DNA of 19,622 nt from Elusimicrobiales bacterium (GCA_049972095.1 JBMFKQ010000024.1:7652-27273), one strand, 5' to 3'; shown: positions 1-9,580, numbered from the stretch's first letter. A program made the numbers and translations. Notes: a model not told the origin generated them from the sequence alone.

Positions 1-1340
1 TTACCATTATCCCATATAAGAATTAACCCTTTATCTTTATCAACCTTGGATGTGATTATTATTTTTTTGTTTTGTTTTGAGTTGAATTTTACTGAGTTTG
101 ATATAATCTCTTTAAACAAAATCCTCATCATATTAGCATCAGCTTTAAATGAAAAACCTTCTATTATATCCTTTTCAAACTCAACATCTCTGTAAATGTC
201 TTTAAACTCAGATATAATCTCCTCTATAATAGCTGTTGAATCAATTAGTGAAAAATTAAGTTCAGATGTATTTTTGTTCTCAATATCTGAATAAAAAAGC
301 ATCCTTTCAACCATACCATTGAGTTCAATCCCGCATGAAAAAATAGCCTCAACAGCCCTTTTTGTTTTCTCATCCCCAGTCTCTGCCCTTTTTAAAATCT
401 GTGAAAAGCCAACTATGCTTGTCAGTGGGGTCTTAAGCTTATGAGATATAAGCGAAAGAAACTCTCTTGATATCCTTGTCTCAATCACCTCTTTCGTAAC
501 ATCGTTAAATATCCAAATAAACTCCTCCTCTTCTTCCATATCATAATTCTTAAAAACCTTGGGGATAAAATTACATCTCAAAATGAGTCTTTTAGGATGA
601 GTTCGCTCAAGCAGAAACTCCTTCTGTTTTTTTTCTATAAACAAATCCTCAAACTCAGTTTCACTTTTAAAACCTCTCAGAAAATCTCTTATATTAAGAG
701 CATTAAAATCTGTAATCCCAAAATAATTTAGACTTGCTTTATTAGCCATCTTTATTCTCCCTGAAGAATCACTTACAATAACACTTTCATTTATCATCTC
801 AAAAATAGTCTCAAGCTTTGATTTTTCATACCTCACGCTATTGAAAAGCCTTGAGTTTTCTATAGCAATTGCTGCCTGAGAAGCAAAGGCTTCAAAGTTA
901 TTCCTGTCAATCTCATCAAATTCCCCATCTATCTTGTTTATAGCCTGAACAACCCCTATAACCCTTCCCTTTATTATCATGGGACAGGTTAGAAGGGATC
1001 TTGTAATATAACCACTTTTTTCATCAACCTTCTTACTATGTCTTGAGTCAGCCTCAGGTGAATTTGATATTATTGACCTTCCCTCAAGGGCACATATCCC
1101 TGCTATACCCTCACCTAATTTGAGTCTTATTTTTTTAACATCCTCCTCCAAATCAAGAGCTACATGAAAATAAAGCTCTTTATTTTTCTCATCAAGAAGA
1201 TAGAGAGAGGCTCTTTCAGAATTAACAACCCTTGTAGCAACCCTCATTATTGTGTGAAGGAGATCTGAGATATCAAGCTTTGATGAAAGTAGACGAGCAA
1301 CTGTAATAAGCATCTCAAGATTTTGATTATCCCCTCTCAT
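1..1340 (-). CDS. GAF-PAS sensor histidine kinase (3' end runs off the window)
   Basis: Not in the ORF track because it has no stop inside the window. Key segments were translated by hand from ATG 1340 and are in one frame: MRGDNQNLEMLITVARLLSSKLD, GAF (LKLGEGIAG, TRSLLTCPMIIKGRVIGVVQAINK), PAS start (LETIFEMINESVIVSDSSGRIKMAN), H-box (FLSLISHKLKTPLTSIVGFSQ), N-box (FKEIISNSVKFN) and G1 (IWDNG) at the edge. Confidence 0.92.
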   Translation of the reverse strand, partial: MRGDNQNLEMLITVARLLSSKLDISDLLHTIMRVATRVVNSERASLYLLDEKNKELYFHVALDLEEDVKKIRLKLGEGIAGICALEGRSIISNSPEADSRHSKKVDEKSGYITRSLLTCPMIIKGRVIGVVQAINKIDGEFDEIDRNNFEAFASQAAIAIENSRLFNSVRYEKSKLETIFEMINESVIVSDSSGRIKMANKASLNYFGITDFNALNIRDFLRGFKSETEFEDLFIEKKQKEFLLERTHPKRLILRCNFIPKVFKNYDMEEEEEFIWIFNDVTKEVIETRISREFLSLISHKLKTPLTSIVGFSQILKRAETGDEKTKRAVEAIFSCGIELNGMVERMLFYSDIENKNTSELNFSLIDSTAIIEEIISEFKDIYRDVEFEKDIIEGFSFKADANMMRILFKEIISNSVKFNSKQNKKIIITSKVDKDKGLILIWDNG

Positions 1341-1343
1341 ATC

Positions 1344-2132
1344 TCAAAAACTCCCACCAACAGATATCTTCCATATCTTTTCATTTGAGATCGATTTATG
1401 ATCAGCAAAATTAAACGATACATCAGCATAGTAATTCTGACTATCATCAAGATATGTTTTAAGCCCAAGGATATAAGAGTTTATATTACTTTTTGAATTT
1501 ATTCTGTCAAACCAGATATAAAGATAGCTATTAAAATCAGGTTTAAAACTTCTCACAAAACTAAAACCAAGCACACTGTAAGGAAGTATGTTGATAAAGC
1601 CTAAAAAAGATGAGTCAAAAAGAATATTTTTATTAAAAAATCCTGCTTTACCCTCCCCTTCTACCCCAATGCCTGAATGAAGCATTATGAAAAACTCATC
1701 ATAATAGTTTCTCTCAAATGAAAAACCAAGAAAAATTGTTTTATCTATAAATGAATTCTTTTCATTTCCATAAGATGAATAGAATGAGTATGTTGAAACA
1801 GTCTCATCCCCATAACGAATGATATCAAAAGAGGCTTTTGCACCATAAAAATTAAAACCATCTTTTGGAAAAAAATAAAAAGGAGATAAAGAAAGACTGA
1901 AACCCTTTGAAAAATAGCTGAATAAAAGTCTTGATAATGATGAGACATCTTTATCGCCATATCTAATGTAGGCTATCCCAACAGCTGTTTTGGTTGAAAG
2001 AATTCTCATGTATGAAAGAGAATAGTTGGAAAAATCCTGTGATGAGTTAGTATACGATGCATCAAAATAGTTCTGTGAAAAGAGTGAAAGTGGGATAAAA
2101 GAAACAATCGAAAGACACAAAATCCTTCTCAT
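1344..2132 (-). CDS. Putative outer-membrane beta-barrel protein of unknown function
   Basis: The better start is ATG 2132 (MRRILCLSIVSFIPLSLFSQ, a signal peptide), just after the upstream stop at 2140. The protein is rich in Ser, Gly and aromatic residues in alternating strands and ends WKISVGGSF, a BAM-type terminal Phe. Confidence 0.7.
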   Translation of the reverse strand: MRRILCLSIVSFIPLSLFSQNYFDASYTNSSQDFSNYSLSYMRILSTKTAVGIAYIRYGDKDVSSLSRLLFSYFSKGFSLSLSPFYFFPKDGFNFYGAKASFDIIRYGDETVSTYSFYSSYGNEKNSFIDKTIFLGFSFERNYYDEFFIMLHSGIGVEGEGKAGFFNKNILFDSSFLGFINILPYSVLGFSFVRSFKPDFNSYLYIWFDRINSKSNINSYILGLKTYLDDSQNYYADVSFNFADHKSISNEKIWKISVGGSF

Positions 2133-2139
2133 AAAAACA

Positions 2140-3429
2140 TCACTTTTCGCCACCTGATACAATCTGCTCAATCCTTTTAAGTGCAGCATCTATATCGGCA
2201 TTTGTAGGATCAAGTTTTTTTGCAATAGTAAGTGATTCCTTTGCCTTCTGATAATCACCACTCTGAAGGTATTTTATACCCTCAAGGTAGTGCTGTTGGG
2301 CAGCCATTCTGTTTTGCTCTGTTACTATATCCTTTTTCTGAACTTCTTGAGCCTGATCATCGGATTGGGAGGTTTGTTGAACCTGCTGTTTTTTCTCCTC
2401 TTCTTTTCTCTTTTTCATCTCTTCCTTTTTCCTTCTCTCCTCTTCCTTCCTCTTCTTAATCTCCGCTTCCTTCTTCATCGCTGCCTTAACCTGCGATATC
2501 ATCTTATCTATCTTTGATGGATTGTCAGAGTATTTCATAGCAAGAGTATATGATTTAATAGCCAGCTGATAATTCTTCTTTTTAAAATAGCTGTTACCAC
2601 TTCGTATGTAGTTGGTCTCTATCTCATTCTTAAGCTCTCCAAAAAGCTTGTTTACCCTCTCATCTGCAGGGTTTATGGTTATGGCTTCTTTGAGAATCGT
2701 ATAAGACTCATCGAGCTTGCCTTGGGAGTATGCCTCAAGAGCAGTTTTGAGCTTCTGATTGACCATATCCTGCCTTATCTCACCCTCTATCTGAGCTATC
2801 TTTAATAGTATATCTTCATCTTTAGCTGCATATTTAACAGCATTATAATACATTACAAGGGCATTTTTTTTATCTCCCGAAGAGTAATAGTTTTCTGCCT
2901 CTGAAACATAGTAGTCCTTAAGATCTCCCTCAATCTTTTTGTACCAATATCTCGCCTTAACATTTTTAGGTGAAAGCCTTGTAAGAACTGCCATTCTCTT
3001 ATAAGCATCAAGTATCTCCCCCTTCTGATAAAGCGAAAGAGCCTCTTCCATCTGTTCATCAAAAGACATACTTCTTGAAACAGATAGTGATGAGCCTTCA
3101 GTTTTAGAGCTTGCTTGAAGAATTATTCTCGCCTCCTCATAAGAAGGATCTATTGAAAGAACCTTTTTTGCCACGGTTGCCGCCCCATCATAATCACCTT
3201 TTTGATAAAGTTCATATGCATTGTCAAGGATCCTTCTAAGAACATAATCCTGAACCTTCTCTTTCTCCTTATAAACAGCTTCAAGAAACATCTTTTTCTC
3301 CTCAACATCATTCAGTTTTTCAAGCCCCACATTGCCAAGCTGCAGAAATGCAGCTGAATCATCCTTAACCTTCTGTGAACAAAGATTTATGTTTGACATA
3401 ATAAATACAGCCACTACTATTAACTTCAT
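2140..3429 (-). CDS. Exported TPR-repeat protein (possible TadD-like/assembly factor)
   Basis: N-terminal signal peptide and multiple TPR motifs (AYELYQKGDYDGAATVAKKVLSIDPSYEEA; GIKYLQSGDYQKAKESLTIAKKLDPTNADI). SD AAGGGGAG upstream. Lies directly after tadC. Confidence 0.85.
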   Translation of the reverse strand: MKLIVVAVFIMSNINLCSQKVKDDSAAFLQLGNVGLEKLNDVEEKKMFLEAVYKEKEKVQDYVLRRILDNAYELYQKGDYDGAATVAKKVLSIDPSYEEARIILQASSKTEGSSLSVSRSMSFDEQMEEALSLYQKGEILDAYKRMAVLTRLSPKNVKARYWYKKIEGDLKDYYVSEAENYYSSGDKKNALVMYYNAVKYAAKDEDILLKIAQIEGEIRQDMVNQKLKTALEAYSQGKLDESYTILKEAITINPADERVNKLFGELKNEIETNYIRSGNSYFKKKNYQLAIKSYTLAMKYSDNPSKIDKMISQVKAAMKKEAEIKKRKEEERRKKEEMKKRKEEEKKQQVQQTSQSDDQAQEVQKKDIVTEQNRMAAQQHYLEGIKYLQSGDYQKAKESLTIAKKLDPTNADIDAALKRIEQIVSGGEK

Positions 3430-3441
3430 ATGCTCCCCTTA

Positions 3442-4338
3442 TCAAAAAGGCATTCCGCCCCTAAGAAGATCAGCCACAACCGGTGCAAGCATTAAGATAA
3501 AAACAACAGGGAATATGAATATAAAAAGAGGTATAAGCATTTTTGTTGATGCCTGAGCTGCAAGCTTTTCGGCTCTTGTAAGCCTTCTAAACCTCATATC
3601 CGCGCTAAAGTTCCTCAACAGATCAACAAGGCTTGTTCCAAGCTCATCACTCTGTATAACAAGTCCAACAAATGATCTAACCTCTTGAAGTCCACTTCTG
3701 TCTGCAAACCTTCTAAGTGCATCCCTTCTCATATATCCGAACTGTATCTCATGAACAAGTCTTTCTATCTCCTTTTCAAGCTCGCTTTTAACAGGAGAGA
3801 TCTTTGCTATCTTATCAAAAGCAGTTATATAATCAAGCCCTGATTCTATCATAAGAGCTGCAAGATCCACAAACTGAGGAAAGTTTTTCAGTATCTCATC
3901 CTGCCTTTTTCGTATTTTTGACATATATATAACATCAGGAATTATAAAACCTAAGGGTGCCATAATAAGAGCCATTAGAGGTGAGCCAAGAATCAAAAAT
4001 ATAAAAACAGGAACAAAGAAGGCAAATCCCTCTTTCATATGAAGTATCTTCAAGGGATCGAGATCTTGGGGGGTTCCAAGAAGTGTGTGCATCCTTTCTA
4101 TCTTTGCTGCAAGCCCAAACCTTTTAGCAAGAAGATAATCTATCTTATCTATAAAACTTCTTGAAGGATCTATTCTATCAAAAGGAGATATCTCTTTTTG
4201 AGCTAAATCCCCTGTTGAAGCTATCAGTGATTTCTCAATCTTTGCAGGAGAAAAAAATCTCTGTGTAAAAACAAAAGTTGCCAGTGAACCAATAACTCCT
4301 AATATTATCAGAACTATATCATAAAGGTTCATAATCAC
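3442..4338 (-). CDS. tadC: Tad pilus inner-membrane platform protein TadC (T2SSF family)
   Basis: Motifs FPQFVDLAALMIESGLD, ELGTSLVDLL and AEKLAAQASTKMLIPLFIFIFP. The GTG start overlaps the tadB stop (GTGA); ATG 4332 is an alternative start. Confidence 0.93.
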   Translation of the reverse strand: MIMNLYDIVLIILGVIGSLATFVFTQRFFSPAKIEKSLIASTGDLAQKEISPFDRIDPSRSFIDKIDYLLAKRFGLAAKIERMHTLLGTPQDLDPLKILHMKEGFAFFVPVFIFLILGSPLMALIMAPLGFIIPDVIYMSKIRKRQDEILKNFPQFVDLAALMIESGLDYITAFDKIAKISPVKSELEKEIERLVHEIQFGYMRRDALRRFADRSGLQEVRSFVGLVIQSDELGTSLVDLLRNFSADMRFRRLTRAEKLAAQASTKMLIPLFIFIFPVVFILMLAPVVADLLRGGMPF

Positions 4339-5873
4339 ACCTTTATCTTACCAAGAGAGGCAACAACCTTTATACCAATACTCATCCATATAAGACAGAA
4401 TACAGCAACTGCAACACCAAAAGGTGTTCCATAAAATTTTATCATCATATCAGGTTGAAAGACAAACATAACAGAAACCATTATCCATGGCATTATAGCA
4501 ACAACTATTGACTGAATTCTTTGCTGTGCTGTTAAAGCCTTTGTCTTTTCCTCAAGCTTTGATTCCTCCCTTATATCGATAACAATCCTCTCAAAAACCT
4601 TTGTAAGATTCCCACCAATCTGTCTTTGAAGCACTATTGCCCTTATCATATAAGAAAGCATTTTACTCTCAATTCTTTCCTCCATCATCGCCAATGCCTT
4701 TTCAAATGGCATACCAAGCTGATAGTTTTTTATAACAAGACCAAATTCATCTGATATTGGTGGAAGCAAATCCTTTGAGACCATCTCAAAGCCCTGTACT
4801 ATATCAAGGCCAGATTTAAGGGAGTTTGACATAAGTATTATTGCATCCATAAGCTGAGCATCAATCTTTTTGCCTCTTATAACCTTAAGTGTATTAAAAA
4901 CAAATCTTGGAAGTCTTAATCCTATGAAAAGACCAACAAGAAGGAAAAGAAAAAACAAAAATACATTCATCGTTAAAATACCAAGAAGTCCAAAAAGTAT
5001 AACAGGAATACCAACAAGATAGTTTATATTGACCTCAAGGAACTGTCTTGAAAACTCCTCCTTCCACTTCTCAACCTTCTTTTGATAATCATCAATCAAT
5101 CTCTTTGTTTTTTCTTCATTTAGAACAAAAAAAAGCATTACACTAACAAAGACAATAACTGCTGAAAGAAGACCAAAAATCCTCCACAGAAGTATCTTCA
5201 TCTTATTAGTAGGAGGTGCAGGCTGATAAACCCTTGATGACTTGAATATAAGGCTGAAAGCATCCTGTGAAAACACACTTATTGCAACAACTGCTGTATT
5301 ATATTTTTTAGGATCGGATGTTGCTATGGACTCAAGTATTGCCTCCATCTCCTTTAGTATAAGATTAAAAACAGCAAGAATTGTTCTCCCCCTTCCATCA
5401 AAGGAATTAAAAAGCTTTGCCCTATAAAGCCTGTCAAGCGACATCTGAAATCTTATCTTTACATCGGCATACTCCTTAACAAGAAGTGCTGGTGGTATGC
5501 CAGGCCCACCCTCTTCAGGTGGGAATGTCTTTTTTGTAACCTCAAGAAATTCATAGATTATTGAAACTGATGTCCTCCATAGATCTGCCTCAGATACCTC
5601 TCCCTCCTCAGGATCCCTCCAAACCTTTTTTGCAATCATCTGCGAAAGGGTTGAATCAATCCAGCCCGGCATTACATATCTAACATCCCTTCCTTTGCAG
5701 TTGAATTTGAAATCATTTATCTCTGGGCTTCTGTCAGGCTTTAGATAAAAATAAAAGAGCTGCATCTTGGTTGATGCACACTTTATCTCCTGAATCTGAG
5801 ATTTTGAAAAAATAGCAGCCTCGGCATCTAAAAAACACAAAAAAACAACAAAGACTGAAAATAAAACTCTCAT
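4335..5873 (-). CDS. tadB: TadB (T2SSF family) with an extra N-terminal exported domain of about 205 aa
   Basis: C-terminal TadB motifs QLMDAIILMSNSLKSGLD, PPISDEF, QRQIGGNL and KALTAQQR. N-terminal signal peptide (AEA|A) plus a soluble domain before the TM at about aa 227-251. Confidence 0.9.
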   Translation of the reverse strand: MRVLFSVFVVFLCFLDAEAAIFSKSQIQEIKCASTKMQLFYFYLKPDRSPEINDFKFNCKGRDVRYVMPGWIDSTLSQMIAKKVWRDPEEGEVSEADLWRTSVSIIYEFLEVTKKTFPPEEGGPGIPPALLVKEYADVKIRFQMSLDRLYRAKLFNSFDGRGRTILAVFNLILKEMEAILESIATSDPKKYNTAVVAISVFSQDAFSLIFKSSRVYQPAPPTNKMKILLWRIFGLLSAVIVFVSVMLFFVLNEEKTKRLIDDYQKKVEKWKEEFSRQFLEVNINYLVGIPVILFGLLGILTMNVFLFFLFLLVGLFIGLRLPRFVFNTLKVIRGKKIDAQLMDAIILMSNSLKSGLDIVQGFEMVSKDLLPPISDEFGLVIKNYQLGMPFEKALAMMEERIESKMLSYMIRAIVLQRQIGGNLTKVFERIVIDIREESKLEEKTKALTAQQRIQSIVVAIMPWIMVSVMFVFQPDMMIKFYGTPFGVAVAVFCLIWMSIGIKVVASLGKIKV

Positions 5874-5875
5874 AG

Positions 5876-8074
5876 TCAGCTTCTTAATCTTTGTTTCTTT
5901 TGCTCCTCAGTCCAGAATATCTCAACAGGAAGATCTATACCATGAGTCTTAAAATCATGGAAAAACTTTGGAGGCTCACCTGTCGCTGTAAAATAGCCTA
6001 AGATCTTTCCATTTTCATCTATACCTGTTTGAACAAATTTGAAAATCTCATGAGTAAGTATCTGATTTTCTTCTCTTCCTGTTATCTCAACTATTGATGT
6101 AACCTTCCTTGAGCCATCTGAAAAACGAGTGAGCTGAACTATTATATGAACCGCGCTTGCTATCATTTCTCTTAATGCCCATATAGGCAGATCAGCACCA
6201 GCCATTAAACACATAGCCTCAAGCCTTGTTAAAGCATCCCTTGGCGAGTTTGCGTGAATCGTTGCAAGAGAGCCCTCATGGCCTGTGTTCATAGCCTGTA
6301 ACATATCAAGAGCCTCTGCACCCCTAACCTCACCAACCACTATCCTGTCTGGCCTCATTCTCAGGCAGTTTCTCACAAGGTCCCTTATTGTAACCTCACC
6401 TTTACCCTCAATGTTAGGTGGGCGTGATTCAAGCCTCACCCAGTGCTCCTGCTGAAGTTTGAGCTCTGCAGTATCTTCAACAGTTATTATTCTCTCATCC
6501 TCAGGTATGTATGATGAGCACATATTTAAAAATGTAGTTTTACCTGTACCTGTACCACCAGATATTATTATATCTTTTCTTAGCCTAACACAGGCTTTAA
6601 TAAACTCAACCATCTCAGGTGAGACACTCCCCTTGGCAATAAGATCCTTATCAGTAAAGGGTTTTTGTGAAAATCTTCTAATTGTAAGCGTTGGCCCGCT
6701 GACAGCAAGGGGGGGGATTATACCATTTACTCTCGAACCATCCTTAAGTCTTGCGTCAACCAAAGGGACTGATTCATCTATCCTTCTTCCAAGAGGAGCA
6801 ACTATTCTTTTTATAACCTGAATTATCTGATCCTCATCCCTAAATCTGTATTTTGTCTTTATAAGCTTACCATTCCTCTCTATATATATTTTGTCAGGAG
6901 CATTAACCATAATCTCAGTAATGCTTGGATCCCTCATAAGCTCCTCTATTGGTCCTAAGCCAAGAATCTCATCAAGAAGCTCTGATATAAATTTTGTTCT
7001 CTGCTCTCTTGTTAAGGGGTATTGAGTCTCTTTTTGAAGAAGTGAGTTTATTACGCTGTCAACCTTTTTTCTGAGCTCCTGATTCTGTGAAGGGTCATCA
7101 CTTATCTTTATCCTTTCAGTTTCAAGCACTCTGACAACATCACCATGAATCTTCATCTTAAGATCCTCCCACCATGGTGGGAGCTCTATTTGTGATTGCT
7201 GTTTTATCTGAAAGGAGTCTGAGGTCGATGAAAACTCTAAAGTTCTGTCAACAGGCTTCCACAGAAGATCGCTCCCATGAGAAAACTCAACCTGACTTAT
7301 TACACTACTCCATGTTTTTTCGCTTGCCTCAACCTCTATAATCCTTGCTATGATGCTCTTTAGTATTTTTATCCATTGACAGTTTGGATCCTCAACCACA
7401 AGGAGTTTATTCTGATTCAAAAATGCTCCAAGTTCATCCTCCCAAGGCAGAAATGCAAAAACCTCCTTTCCAATCTGCTTAAAAAATTTCTCAACATCCT
7501 TTGGAGAAAGAGAGCCTGGAAGATCGTAAAGATTTACAACAACCTCGAACCTTGATAGAGGGAAATGCATCTCATTGATATCTTTAAATATATTTGCTGT
7601 TGCACTTAAAGCAGATGTCATAGAGTTTGTAATCCAGAATACAAGATCAGATATATCAAATGAAAAAAATTGCATTGGATAGTATGGATCCACATCTATG
7701 AATATATCAAAATACTGTGATAGTTTTGAAAGAAGACCACTCAATATATCAGGAGAAAGCTTTAAAAAATCCTGCCTCTTCTTAGCAAGAGGAAGAACCC
7801 CAACCCCCCATGATGATATCGGTATCTTCCCCTTTATAAGCATAGCAGTACTTGTTATAGACTCTCTTCCAACAACTTTTAACAGATCAACAACAGAAGG
7901 GGTATTTGCCACCCCAATAAGTTTGTCATGTTCATATCTTCCCATATGGTCCATTGGTATTATAAGCACATTTCTGTTTTCAAGATGAGCATATGCAACA
8001 GCGCTGTTTACAGCAATAGATGTCTTCCCAACCCCTTCTTTTGGTCCTGTGAATGTTATTACCTTGTTTGCCAT
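5876..8074 (-). CDS. tadA: Fused CpaE/TadZ (MinD/ParA-like) and TadA/CpaF pilus ATPase
   Basis: N-terminal deviant Walker [11 protein letters not shown]. The C-terminal part has [20 protein letters not shown], Walker [16 protein letters not shown], Walker [13 protein letters not shown] and the His box [13 protein letters not shown]. Confidence 0.95.
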   Translation of the reverse strand: MANKVITFTGPKEGVGKTSIAVNSAVAYAHLENRNVLIIPMDHMGRYEHDKLIGVANTPSVVDLLKVVGRESITSTAMLIKGKIPISSWGVGVLPLAKKRQDFLKLSPDILSGLLSKLSQYFDIFIDVDPYYPMQFFSFDISDLVFWITNSMTSALSATANIFKDINEMHFPLSRFEVVVNLYDLPGSLSPKDVEKFFKQIGKEVFAFLPWEDELGAFLNQNKLLVVEDPNCQWIKILKSIIARIIEVEASEKTWSSVISQVEFSHGSDLLWKPVDRTLEFSSTSDSFQIKQQSQIELPPWWEDLKMKIHGDVVRVLETERIKISDDPSQNQELRKKVDSVINSLLQKETQYPLTREQRTKFISELLDEILGLGPIEELMRDPSITEIMVNAPDKIYIERNGKLIKTKYRFRDEDQIIQVIKRIVAPLGRRIDESVPLVDARLKDGSRVNGIIPPLAVSGPTLTIRRFSQKPFTDKDLIAKGSVSPEMVEFIKACVRLRKDIIISGGTGTGKTTFLNMCSSYIPEDERIITVEDTAELKLQQEHWVRLESRPPNIEGKGEVTIRDLVRNCLRMRPDRIVVGEVRGAEALDMLQAMNTGHEGSLATIHANSPRDALTRLEAMCLMAGADLPIWALREMIASAVHIIVQLTRFSDGSRKVTSIVEITGREENQILTHEIFKFVQTGIDENGKILGYFTATGEPPKFFHDFKTHGIDLPVEIFWTEEQKKQRLRS

Positions 8075-8075
8075 C

Positions 8076-8792
8076 TTACTTTATTATCTCAAAAGTTAGA
8101 AAAAGAAAAAGTGAACTTTGATCCTCTAATACATCTTTTGATCTAAAAAGAGCACCTATAAGAGGTATGCTTCCAAGTATAGGGACTTTGTTTATAGACA
8201 TATTCCTTGTACTTTTTTTAAGACCACCAATAACAACTGTCTCTCCACTTTTTATCTCAACCTCTGTATGTATCTGTCTTGTTATCATTGATGGAATTGT
8301 GGTATTTTGAACAACGACAGGTTTTGAATAATCTGGATTTGAAACCTCAAGAGCTATTTGAACATCAACAGTTTCTTTTTTATTAGGAACCAATGTTGGA
8401 AGAACCTGAAGGATCACTCCAAATTTCTTAAACTCAGCACCTACCCCCTGGTTGTTCGAATATGGTATTGGTATCTCACCACCAACAGTGAAGTCCGCTT
8501 GCTGCCCGTTTTTAACAACAACCTTTGGATTTGACAGAAGCTGGGCTTTACCCTCCGTCTCAAGAATCTTGAGTGAGGTTTGAAGCTGTGTTTTCCTCTC
8601 AAAATCACCAATGGTCAAGATACCAGGTATGCTTTTCTCTATAAAATCAAACATCTGGTTCCATCCAAAACCCACGGTTTTCTGAACAGACCCACTTATC
8701 TCAACTATATCAGCACTTACAGCTATCATCACATCCTGAGCACTAAGCTGTGTTGAAAAAGAGATAAAAGCTATAAGAAAAATCTTTTTCAT
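8076..8792 (-). CDS. cpaC: Minimal secretin (RcpA/CpaC-type; secretin domain only)
   Basis: Secretin motifs LETEGKAQLLSNPKVVVKNGQQADFTVGGEIPI, FGVILQVLP, SGETVVIGGL and KVPILGSIPLIGALFRS. Signal peptide present; SD AAGGGAG. Confidence 0.9.
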   Translation of the reverse strand: MKKIFLIAFISFSTQLSAQDVMIAVSADIVEISGSVQKTVGFGWNQMFDFIEKSIPGILTIGDFERKTQLQTSLKILETEGKAQLLSNPKVVVKNGQQADFTVGGEIPIPYSNNQGVGAEFKKFGVILQVLPTLVPNKKETVDVQIALEVSNPDYSKPVVVQNTTIPSMITRQIHTEVEIKSGETVVIGGLKKSTRNMSINKVPILGSIPLIGALFRSKDVLEDQSSLFLFLTFEIIK

Positions 8793-8804
8793 AATATCTC
8801 CCTT

Positions 8805-9560
8805 TTATGACTTGATGAGTTTTCTGAAGCTTGCTATCTCCATAAAATGAACCTCAACATCACCAAGCGCCCTAACCACAACACTTACATTTCCAATCTT
8901 TTGCGAAAGTGCAAGGTACTGAGCCTCAAGAGGATTTAGAGCAAGGCTCAAAACTCCTTTTTCACTGAAAGACTGCATGGCAGCCTCACTAGCAGATTGT
9001 TTTTTGGCAAGCTCATCTGTTATCCCCTGGCCAAGATTTGAACCCACACCAAGCACAAGGACATTCTGAAGGATTGTTGCAGTAACCTGCTCCTTTTTAT
9101 CACCAACTATTGCCTCAAATGTCACAAGTATATCTACCCTGTCACCTGGCTTTATTAGCCTTAGAAGCTCGTTGTCAACCTGAAGGGTTGCACCCCTATA
9201 TCCAGGAGGAACCTTAACGCTCAATCCTGCCTCAGGGGTAAGAGTAAGAAGTGCAGACTGAGTTATCTGATTTCCCTTAGGTATTCTTATCGCTGTAACA
9301 AGATTTGTAACAAGTTTTATATCACTTGGATTTCTAACCTCATAAGCATCTTTTTGCACGAACTTTCTTGGTATTTCAACAATCTCAACAAAATCAGCTT
9401 TTAAAATTGTCCTTGCAGGAAGATCATATTTCGCAACAAGGACCTGTGCAGGCTCATAAGCCCTTGAAAGCTCTCTTTCCTTGCTTGAAAGAATCCACCA
9501 ATAGAGTGAAGCAGCAATGAGAGCAAGAAGCAGAGGAACAAGTGTTTTTCTCCCTTCCAT
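8805..9560 (-). CDS. cpaB: Flp pilus assembly protein CpaB/RcpC (SAF domain)
   Basis: N-terminal TM, VLVAKYDLPARTIL (SAF), VPPGYRGATL, LIKPGDRVDIL and ILQNVLVLGVG. SD AGGAG. Confidence 0.93.
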   Translation of the reverse strand: MEGRKTLVPLLLALIAASLYWWILSSKERELSRAYEPAQVLVAKYDLPARTILKADFVEIVEIPRKFVQKDAYEVRNPSDIKLVTNLVTAIRIPKGNQITQSALLTLTPEAGLSVKVPPGYRGATLQVDNELLRLIKPGDRVDILVTFEAIVGDKKEQVTATILQNVLVLGVGSNLGQGITDELAKKQSASEAAMQSFSEKGVLSLALNPLEAQYLALSQKIGNVSVVVRALGDVEVHFMEIASFRKLIKS

Positions 9561-9580
9561 ATCATCTCCTTTTTAAAAAA

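Noticed and set aside
2133..2189. Longer N-terminus (MLHLKGLSRL...) for the barrel ORF
   Set aside because: It overlaps the TPR gene by 50 nt and buries the signal peptide. ATG 2132 fits better.
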